Shown here: piece after piece, positions 16,163 through 22,328 of the stretch
Numbering within the stretch: the stretch's first letter is position 1
Layout: every line of letters begins with the position of its first letter
Virus record (IMG/VR): IMGVR_UViG_3300028797_000105
DNA length: 22,328 bases
Direction: 5' to 3' (one strand)
From: an uncultured virus (IMG/VR IMGVR_UViG_3300028797_000105)
Taxonomy: Duplodnaviria > Heunggongvirae > Uroviricota > Caudoviricetes
Notes under the pieces: generated by a model
What the model saw: only the letters and a program-made list of their open reading frames with translations
What the model was told of the DNA's origin: nothing
The model's database searches: none
Position numbers and translations under genes: made by a program

Positions 16163-16585
16163 CTATCTTAAATCAAATAATTCGTGTATGCGACTTCTTA
16201 AACCGAAACTTATCGAATCGTCATTGTTTCTGGTCAAACTGCTTGACTGCTTCCAAGGCAATGCTTGCAAGTCTCTTTTAAGTTTGTTATCACAATCAAC
16301 GCACAACCCATTATGGCGTTTCCAAGGAACTCGCAATTCCGCACCGCACTTGCAACAATGACGTTCATATTCCTCATTTTGTTTTTTTCCATCAAACACA
16401 AAAAACCTTTCGCTTGTATGCCTTGCTCCGAAAAATAACTCATATTTCCTTATTTTTTCGTAGTCAGTATTTGTTATGAACGGACTGTCATATACTTCGC
16501 CAATCCGTCTTAATGTTACATTAAGCGTTATGCGGTTGTCGCCAAAGTCGCCGTTTTCCGTAAGGTCTATGTTTCTCGGTATCAT
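16163..16585 (-). CDS. Hypothetical protein with zinc-finger motif
   Basis: CCKCG...PW...GLCVDC; ATGA overlap with the upstream gene. Confidence 0.8.
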   Translation of the reverse strand: MIPRNIDLTENGDFGDNRITLNVTLRRIGEVYDSPFITNTDYEKIRKYELFFGARHTSERFFVFDGKKQNEEYERHCCKCGAELRVPWKRHNGLCVDCDNKLKRDLQALPWKQSSSLTRNNDDSISFGLRSRIHELFDLR

Positions 16586-17376
16586 TTCTTGCTGAATACG
16601 GATTTGATTTTGTCAAAAAATCCTTTCTTTTTCTCACTGCCGTCCGCAGAATTAACATAATATGGTGTTGCGATTTCCGTATTGTTTGTGCTGCCAAGCG
16701 TAATATGGTTTTCCTTTTTATCGTCAATCCTATATGTTTTCAAGACAGCAACAAGTTCCTCCCCGTTTTGTGGAATTTCCGAGGTCATTAATGGTGTGTA
16801 CCCTTTTACGTTCTTATACTGCTCAACCATTTTGTCAAGCGTTAAGTCGCAATATTCATCAATCCAGTCGCCAAGGAAATAAAAGCGGTCGGCCACACTT
16901 CTCTGGTTTTTGAAAACGCCGAACAATATCGGGTCTTTATCCCTGCGTTCCTTTTCAACCTTGCGTTCTTCCTTTCCAGTATAATCGGTGAACACAACAT
17001 ACAACTCGTCAAAAATTTCCCTTGTTCTTTCAACAGTTTCCACGAGTTCGTCTGGTATCTCCCTCATATACCTTGAAAGCTCAACAATTTTAACGGTGTT
17101 GTCGGCTACGTGTTCAATGTAATCCTCAATGACATCCTTGTAAACATACGTTGTGATTCCCATCTCAATAAGTTTTTCCTCTTTTACGAGTGTGTCGGCA
17201 AGGAAACAAAGTTTTTTAATGGATTCAGTTTGTCCGAGTTTTTTGTATTTCTCCGCAAGATGAATGAATGTTTCATACGAGTTTTTCAAAGCATCCGTTG
17301 TAATGGTGTTTTTCGCACCTTTCAAATGGTCGAAATACTGGCTCGGTGTGATTGTCTGTTCTTTTTCTTTTTTCAT
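16582..17376 (-). CDS. Conserved phage hypothetical protein
   Basis: 264 aa; REIPDE, FTDY, KDPILFG and YFLGDWIDEYCDLTLD motifs recalled from large-phage proteins of unknown function. Confidence 0.85.
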   Translation of the reverse strand: MKKEKEQTITPSQYFDHLKGAKNTITTDALKNSYETFIHLAEKYKKLGQTESIKKLCFLADTLVKEEKLIEMGITTYVYKDVIEDYIEHVADNTVKIVELSRYMREIPDELVETVERTREIFDELYVVFTDYTGKEERKVEKERRDKDPILFGVFKNQRSVADRFYFLGDWIDEYCDLTLDKMVEQYKNVKGYTPLMTSEIPQNGEELVAVLKTYRIDDKKENHITLGSTNNTEIATPYYVNSADGSEKKKGFFDKIKSVFSKK

Positions 17377-17417
17377 TTTTTATGATTTTAATACAAACTT
17401 TTTTCAGTAATCGTTTC

Positions 17418-17810
17418 TTATTTGCAGTTATATACGCCAGACTTCGCTTCTATTGCCAAGTCCAAATCAATAAGACCTCTATGGTCAAACATATGTGCAT
17501 CAAGAAATTCCACGGCCTTGTCCGCATTGCCGTCAAAAAACCAATTCTCGGAAAGTCTGGCATATTCGCCTTTCTCTTTTTCTGTCATATCAGACATCTT
17601 TCGCAAATATGGCTTTGTTTGAACTTTGCTGTATGGATTGCACAATTCCTCGCCAAATTGTTCGTTTGGTTTTGAATCGGAAAACCAAATGCGTCCGCTT
17701 ATGCTAACAGAAGATATAGTCCTAACATTCCCGCTTCTTGTTCTGCATTTTAATCCATAGGGAATCCTTGATGAAACATCTCTCAAAATAAGTTTTAAAC
17801 CATCATTCAT
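17418..17810 (-). CDS. Paralog family B protein
   Basis: Likely ATG 17810; RDVSSRIPYG...KPYLRKMSDMTEKE...FLDAHMFDHRGLIDLDLAIEA. Confidence 0.88.
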   Translation of the reverse strand: MNDGLKLILRDVSSRIPYGLKCRTRSGNVRTISSVSISGRIWFSDSKPNEQFGEELCNPYSKVQTKPYLRKMSDMTEKEKGEYARLSENWFFDGNADKAVEFLDAHMFDHRGLIDLDLAIEAKSGVYNCK

Positions 17811-17811
17811 A

Positions 17812-18264
17812 TCAATTCTGTTTTTCTTCCACATACATATTGTTCAAAGCTGCATACGCAAGACCTTTTTCTATGAGGCCACGGTAATCAAAATGATGTT
17901 TATTTAGCCAAGTCATAACATCATAATTGATACTGCATACACCATTTAAGAAAACGCCAATGCCGTATTCATCTATATTCAAGCCTTGAGTTTCGTATGG
18001 TGTAATGTCGCACAAATCCATCAACTCCTTTTTTTCATCATCAGTCATACTTGACAACGGTCGTAAAAAAGGTTTCAAATCACCAATCATACAAAGGTGG
18101 CCGCACACATTAAACTGTTCTTGCTTAACGTCAATAGCACGCAAGTCGCCGATGTTCACAACACCACCAAGCAATGGCACTATGGCTGAATACCTGCACT
18201 GCACGCCATACGGCAATCTTCCGCAAAGGTCTTCTATGAATATACTTTTGTTTTCTTCTGTCAT
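17812..18264 (-). CDS. Paralog family B protein
   Basis: EDLCGRLPYG...KPFLRPLSSMTDDE...WLNKHHFDYRGLIEKGLA. Confidence 0.88.
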   Translation of the reverse strand: MTEENKSIFIEDLCGRLPYGVQCRYSAIVPLLGGVVNIGDLRAIDVKQEQFNVCGHLCMIGDLKPFLRPLSSMTDDEKKELMDLCDITPYETQGLNIDEYGIGVFLNGVCSINYDVMTWLNKHHFDYRGLIEKGLAYAALNNMYVEEKQN

Positions 18265-18623
18265 TTTTCCTCCATATATTTTTTGAAGTCCGTAACCAAA
18301 TTGTCAGTATAATATGTTCCATCATATTCAACGCATTGATGAAATTCATTATACTCACTTTTGTAATAATGCTTTGCGTTATCCAACAGCCAATCGCAAG
18401 CCTTTTTGATAAACTGGTCTTTTTTTTCAATAATGATTGGTCTGGTTGATGTTTCCATAACTTTGGAAACAATCGTTACTGTGGTGAGTTTGTCCACAAT
18501 ATAATCCTCAAACAACGCCATTATTGAATCGACAATATCATCTGGCCGTTCTCGCAATATCTGTTCAACAGCACATTTTGTGTTGCAATACAAGTTTGTC
18601 CTTTTTACGTCAATGGTTGCCAT
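18261..18623 (-). CDS. Hypothetical protein
   Basis: 120 aa; FIKKACDWL...DFKKYME; ATGA overlap. Confidence 0.8.
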   Translation of the reverse strand: MATIDVKRTNLYCNTKCAVEQILRERPDDIVDSIMALFEDYIVDKLTTVTIVSKVMETSTRPIIIEKKDQFIKKACDWLLDNAKHYYKSEYNEFHQCVEYDGTYYTDNLVTDFKKYMEEK

Positions 18624-18633
18624 AACTATACAA

Positions 18634-18831
18634 TTAACTAATTAAAAATCTTTTCCAGTCATCAAGTGATTCGGTTTTCAATATAGGCGTTATTGGCTTG
18701 TTGTTTGAATCCAGCACACGCCATCCGATAATCTCATCGCTGCTGTTGTCTTTGAATATAGCGGCTATGTGGTATTCCATAGGAAGTGCAATCGCTTTTG
18801 CTATCTGGCGGCAAAGTTCTATAAGTTCCAT
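18634..18831 (-). CDS. Small hypothetical protein
   Basis: 65 aa, tight packing. Confidence 0.7.
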   Translation of the reverse strand: MELIELCRQIAKAIALPMEYHIAAIFKDNSSDEIIGWRVLDSNNKPITPILKTESLDDWKRFLIS

Positions 18832-18840
18832 ATCTAAAAA

Positions 18841-19230
18841 TTAAATCATTCGTTCAAGTATGTATTCAAATGCGGCTGCTTCGGCATCCTCATATTTGTC
18901 ACAGAGAAACGCTTTCCGTTCAATGTCAAACGCATCCGCTGGGTAATCAGTTCTTAACACCTTCATAATCGTTGCTTGATATTTGAAACCGTTTGCGTTA
19001 AACCAGCCATATTGTATGTTGATGATAATATTGTGTTTTTCCGCAAGCCATTTTTTCGTCATCTGGTGTGTAGGACATTCTATGCGGTCTTTTATATCAA
19101 AATCGTGATAATGCGAATACTGGAATTTGCAGTCATTGTCCGTCTTGTAATAATACAAGCAATCCTCATTGAAACCTTTTTCGTTGAGAAGTTTCGCAAT
19201 CTTGTAACTGACCAAATCTTCTGTAATCAT
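18841..19230 (-). CDS. Paralog family A protein
   Basis: EDLVSYKIAKLLNEKGFN...CPTHQMTKKWLAEKHNI...KYEDAEAAAF. Confidence 0.88.
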   Translation of the reverse strand: MITEDLVSYKIAKLLNEKGFNEDCLYYYKTDNDCKFQYSHYHDFDIKDRIECPTHQMTKKWLAEKHNIIINIQYGWFNANGFKYQATIMKVLRTDYPADAFDIERKAFLCDKYEDAEAAAFEYILERMI

Positions 19231-19234
19231 ATCA

Positions 19235-20023
19235 TTATTTTGTTAGTGCGTAAAACAATGCGTTTTCCGCAGCCTCATTATATGTCTTGCACAATTCACC
19301 AGAATACCACTTGTTAGGGTTTACATCGTTCAAATGATTATATATGGTGAAAAAATACTGGCCGCTGTAAACATCAAGGTCTATTACAATAAACATATCA
19401 AGTTTCAAGCGAATCCATTTAATCGCCATCTGGTAGGTGGGGGCGGTAACAAAACTGTAGCACTCATCGTCATCATCAAACATCCGAACATCAGAAAAAG
19501 AGTTTTTATGAAAGTCATCAACAAGTACCATTTCGCCGTCCTCGTTGTATATTGTTCTGCAAGGTTCATTAAACCCTTTGCCTTCAAGCATTTTTGCGAT
19601 ATTCAAAGACACATAATCTTCATCAACATCTTTATTTGCATTAAGGGCTGACCTCAATGAATACTTTAATGCCGACTCAACGCCTTCCCAATAACTGCTC
19701 GGTGTTTCATCGGTGTATTTTTCACGTCCTAAAAGATTGAACGTTTCATACACTTTACAGCACCAATGCTTTGTCGATTGCTCGTTGCTTGCCTGCCAAG
19801 GATAAACAATAACGTGCAAGTCATATTTTTCACGAATCCATTTTAACGCCATCTGATGCGTTGGTGCAAGAATATAATTTGCTGCAATGTCGCCATATCC
19901 GTGCTCGCCCAAAAAACAATCAAGTTCCCCGTATGGCGTATAACCTCTATGGCACTTTTCAGCAAAACCTTTTTTTTGCAAAAGTTTCGCCACTTCAAAA
20001 CTTACATAATCATCTTCAATCAT
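19235..20023 (-). CDS. Paralog family A protein with two tandem domains
   Basis: DYVSFEVAKLLQKKGF...APTHQMALKWIRE and DYVSLNIAKMLEGKGF...APTYQMAIKWIR. Confidence 0.9.
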   Translation of the reverse strand: MIEDDYVSFEVAKLLQKKGFAEKCHRGYTPYGELDCFLGEHGYGDIAANYILAPTHQMALKWIREKYDLHVIVYPWQASNEQSTKHWCCKVYETFNLLGREKYTDETPSSYWEGVESALKYSLRSALNANKDVDEDYVSLNIAKMLEGKGFNEPCRTIYNEDGEMVLVDDFHKNSFSDVRMFDDDDECYSFVTAPTYQMAIKWIRLKLDMFIVIDLDVYSGQYFFTIYNHLNDVNPNKWYSGELCKTYNEAAENALFYALTK

Positions 20024-20619
20024 AATTCTGGTCTAATATATAAATCGTAATAAATAGCTCCGCTTTTCAATCCGAAATCGGCACGTCTTGACATAATGTA
20101 TTTGATACTTTCCAATCTGTTTTTCCGTGCCAACTCCAACGCTTTGCCGCATTCTTCATCAGACAGCAAATTCTTTGGAAATTCTTTTCTTATCGCAGCA
20201 TCAAAAGCGTCTTCATCCTCTTTTTTATTCACAACAAGATTGTTCAAGCAATATTCAATGCCAGCACTACAAGCATCCTCATAAGTGGTTTTTGTAATCT
20301 TTGGCGTGCATAACGCTTGTTGCCCTTCACCTATGACATAGCACATACTTGTCATATAGCATATATGCAAGTTTTCAAGCATTGGTGTACCAGTTACGAA
20401 AATCCTATGAACTTCTCGCAACCATTTCAACGCCATCTGGATTGTCGGTGCGGATACCATATCCGCAAATTTTTCCTCGTTGTTCCAGTTGTCTGGCGTA
20501 AGTGCGGTTTCAACATAAGAACTGCCATAGGGCGAAAATGCAAAATAATGTTCGCACGCCCAATCAAAGCCTTTGTCTTTCAACAGTTTTCCTATTTCGT
20601 AACTAACAAAATCTTCCAT
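20020..20619 (-). CDS. Family A domain fused to C-terminal bL12-CTD-like motif
   Basis: Likely ATG 20619; EDFVSYEIGKLLKDKGFD...APTIQMALKWLRE; tail NRLESIKYIMSRRADFGLKSGAIYYD (the bL12 resemblance is weak). Confidence 0.8.
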   Translation of the reverse strand: MEDFVSYEIGKLLKDKGFDWACEHYFAFSPYGSSYVETALTPDNWNNEEKFADMVSAPTIQMALKWLREVHRIFVTGTPMLENLHICYMTSMCYVIGEGQQALCTPKITKTTYEDACSAGIEYCLNNLVVNKKEDEDAFDAAIRKEFPKNLLSDEECGKALELARKNRLESIKYIMSRRADFGLKSGAIYYDLYIRPEL

Positions 20620-20623
20620 AACA

Positions 20624-21106
20624 TTAGATTTCAAAACCAAGAATATCAAGAAGTTTCAATCCATAAACATTAAAGTTTATTTTAATTCCGCAACCGTTAT
20701 CTGTTTCTTCAACATAACAATAATGCGGAACATCAAATTGTTTATGCAAAAATCCACGTTCATATAAAAGAAATTCGTATTCAACAAACAATTTGTCTAT
20801 TTGTGCCCTTATGATTTCACGCCGTTCACTGTTGTTTATCTCAAACTTATGTGAATTTACAAGTTCATTGAACTGTTCCTCGAATACATTGTGAATATCA
20901 TTTATCGTTACGCAATTTCTTGCTATGTCTGTGTTTCTCACCAAATCTTCTATTGTTGGATGAGATTCTGGCGATTCAACAGTTTCAGTAAAGCCGTCAT
21001 ATGGTTTCTGTTCAGTATACTTAACTCGTTCAACCACAACCTTTGGCTGTGCATCCACAATGTTTCGATAAACGCCAGTGTTTTTTAGTTTTTCAATATC
21101 TATCAT
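20624..21106 (-). CDS. Hypothetical protein
   Basis: 160 aa, preceded by the 13-bp motif. Confidence 0.8.
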   Translation of the reverse strand: MIDIEKLKNTGVYRNIVDAQPKVVVERVKYTEQKPYDGFTETVESPESHPTIEDLVRNTDIARNCVTINDIHNVFEEQFNELVNSHKFEINNSERREIIRAQIDKLFVEYEFLLYERGFLHKQFDVPHYCYVEETDNGCGIKINFNVYGLKLLDILGFEI

Positions 21107-21137
21107 TATAATGCCGTTATATTGTTTTTCTTTCTAC

Positions 21138-21150
21138 AATATAATAAAAA
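21138..21150 (-). promoter_or_regulatory. Recurrent upstream motif TTTTTATTATATT (copy 3)
   Basis: 21131..21150 is 19/20 identical to 2321..2340; this copy alone has TTGACA (21162..21167) 18 nt upstream of TATATT. Confidence 0.55.
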
Positions 21151-21163
21151 ACAAAGAAAAATG

Positions 21164-21577
21164 TCAAAACACTTTCACCTTTTCTGGTGATACGAACAAG
21201 TCAGCAACATAATTGTCCAGTTCGGCATCGTCATCAAAAACTTTTTTGAGTTTTGTTCCGTCAAGCATATGGACTATGCAATATGGCATATCAAAAAACA
21301 TTTCCTTTGACTCGTCATATACGATTGTGCCGCCATATTGATAAATTATATCACAAATTTCTGTAAAAACATTTCCGTTTGTTCTGATACGCCATCTGTC
21401 TTTTTGCGCAATACATCGTATGGCCGCACCTTCAAAACCGTCTGCATCATTGTTTGGATATGTGTCGGTTGGTATCACAATATATTTTTCTCCCTTTTTG
21501 ATTTTTTCAATCTGGATGTTTTCCTTTTTGTGTTCATACTCAACGTGTGAGATTTTTTGAAATAGAATTGTTGTCAT
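21164..21577 (-). CDS. Hypothetical protein
   Basis: 137 aa, ATG start. Confidence 0.75.
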   Translation of the reverse strand: MTTILFQKISHVEYEHKKENIQIEKIKKGEKYIVIPTDTYPNNDADGFEGAAIRCIAQKDRWRIRTNGNVFTEICDIIYQYGGTIVYDESKEMFFDMPYCIVHMLDGTKLKKVFDDDAELDNYVADLFVSPEKVKVF

Positions 21578-21587
21578 AGTTTATACT

Positions 21588-21821
21588 TTAAGCCAATAAG
21601 TTTCTTAAAAACAATCTGATGTAACTTCCGAATGTCGGCTTATACCAAACTTGGCCGCACTCTGGACAATCATAATGCAAATCATCCTCATAGTCGCCAT
21701 AGTCATTATTCGCATCGGCATCCAATACAAATGAATACACGCAGCCGCATTTTTTGCAGGTGTGTGTCAGCTTCTTTTCTTTTCTCGGCATAACCTCGCC
21801 GTGTTTGATAATCTCTTTCAT
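21588..21821 (-). CDS. 77-aa zinc-ribbon protein
   Basis: Likely ATG 21821 (MKEIIKHG); CKKCGC...CPECG. The longer track ORF overlaps tnpB and its extension is unlikely to be real. Confidence 0.8.
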   Translation of the reverse strand: MKEIIKHGEVMPRKEKKLTHTCKKCGCVYSFVLDADANNDYGDYEDDLHYDCPECGQVWYKPTFGSYIRLFLRNLLA

Positions 21822-21961
21822 TTCGGAATTATCCCTTTTAGTCTTGTTAAACTTCAAGTTCAATAGTCGCTTCATTGCTGTCCGAGTGCTCACCAGTTTT
21901 TCTGGGTTTTGCAAACGGTTGGCACACAGCTCCACGACCGTACTCGGCATTCCTTGCCGAG
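21822..21961 (-). ncRNA. Predicted TnpB omega-RNA (reRNA) scaffold plus putative 3' guide; boundaries approximate
   Basis: Hairpin CTCGGCA-AGGAA-TGCCGAG; nested stems GGTCGT/GCGACT, GCTGT/ACAGC, GTGC/GCAC; GTGGAG...ATGAAGC signature typical of tnpB 3' ends. Confidence 0.65.
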
Positions 21962-22328
21962 ATATGTCTCTGCCATTCGTCTGGTTCGTAACGCTCGTTG
22001 TTCTTTGCTGCATTGATATCTCTGTCGTGATGAGCACCGCAGTTAGGACAAGTCCAATACCTTACTGCCAGATTTTTGACTTTCTTGTTTATATAACCAC
22101 ATTCAGAACACATTTGGCTTGACGGGTAGTATCTGTCAACTTTCATCATAGTCTTGCCGTTCCAAGCACATTTGTATTCAAGTGTTTGAACGAATTGATG
22201 CCAGTTGCATTCGGATATGGATTCAGCAAGTTTGTGATTTTTCATCATACCTTTTACATTCAAATCCTCAACTTTTATCAAGTCATAAGTTTTGACCAGT
22301 TCTGCGGTTATCTTATGTATGTAGTAAG
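21847..22328 (-). CDS. tnpB: TnpB RNA-guided endonuclease (IS200/IS605/IS607 family), 5'-truncated by the window edge
   Basis: Frame is open to the window end (..HKITAELVKTYDLIKVEDLNVKGM); RuvC-II E, zinc finger SSQMCSECG...WTCPNCG, RuvC-III DRDINAAKN. Confidence 0.95.
   Translation of the reverse strand, partial: YYIHKITAELVKTYDLIKVEDLNVKGMMKNHKLAESISECNWHQFVQTLEYKCAWNGKTMMKVDRYYPSSQMCSECGYINKKVKNLAVRYWTCPNCGAHHDRDINAAKNNERYEPDEWQRHISARNAEYGRGAVCQPFAKPRKTGEHSDSNEATIELEV

Noticed and set aside
6494..16165. Amber (TAG) recoding as in Lak or some crAss-like phages: three TAG stops (6503, 8012, 16163) are in frame with the next gene's ATG 1-2 codons later
   Set aside because: Standard code already gives dense, unfragmented genes. 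Other TAG stops (1219, 6801, 15692) hit another stop within two codons. The downstream genes start at their family-typical N-termini, and the same in-frame spacing occurs after a TAA (10931). Occasional read-through is not excluded.
11799..20619. Diversity-generating retroelement explaining the paralog families
   Set aside because: No reverse transcriptase in the window, and no near-identical template/variable repeat pair with adenine-specific differences; the paralogs are broadly diverged.
21822..22037. N-terminal extension of track ORF 21588..22037
   Set aside because: It overlaps tnpB and its RNA scaffold in another frame; ATG 21821 gives a compact zinc-ribbon protein.
687..22122. Plus-strand ORFs in the supplied track (e.g. 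3393..4004, 2414..2884, 9258..9686)
   Set aside because: They are antisense shadows of better-supported minus-strand genes, show no recognisable motifs, and many have non-ATG starts.
1..22328. tRNA, rRNA or CRISPR arrays
   Set aside because: Intergenic gaps are short and AT-rich; I saw no cloverleaf/T-loop signatures or repeat-spacer periodicity.

Overview
AT-rich, densely packed window with about 50 short genes, all on the minus strand. Many overlap at ATGA junctions and I saw no Shine-Dalgarno motifs. This layout, plus two Bacteroidota-type promoters (TTG-N19-TAnnTTTG), points to the accessory region of a large dsDNA phage of Bacteroidota (inference; no structural or replication gene is in the window). 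Recognisable genes: a TnpB (IS200/IS605/IS607 family) cut off at the right edge, with a predicted omega-RNA scaffold inside its 3' end; a Dam-family (DPPY) DNA adenine methyltransferase; and a divergent CoaD/PPAT. Several proteins resemble translation components: a stand-alone uS3-type KH domain, two bL12-CTD-like motifs and a TYW3-like N-terminus. Unknown-function families are expanded: one domain in 8 copies over 7 genes, a second family of 3 genes, a tandem pair, and an internally duplicated 543-aa protein. Non-coding signals: a duplicated 72-bp promoter cassette with tandem DnaA-box-like 12-mers, a 13-bp AT-rich upstream motif in 3 copies, a terminator, and gene-junction direct repeats (56 bp and 14 bp). 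A by-eye scan found no GATC, CCGG or CTAG. All family assignments come from motif recognition by eye; no database search was run.
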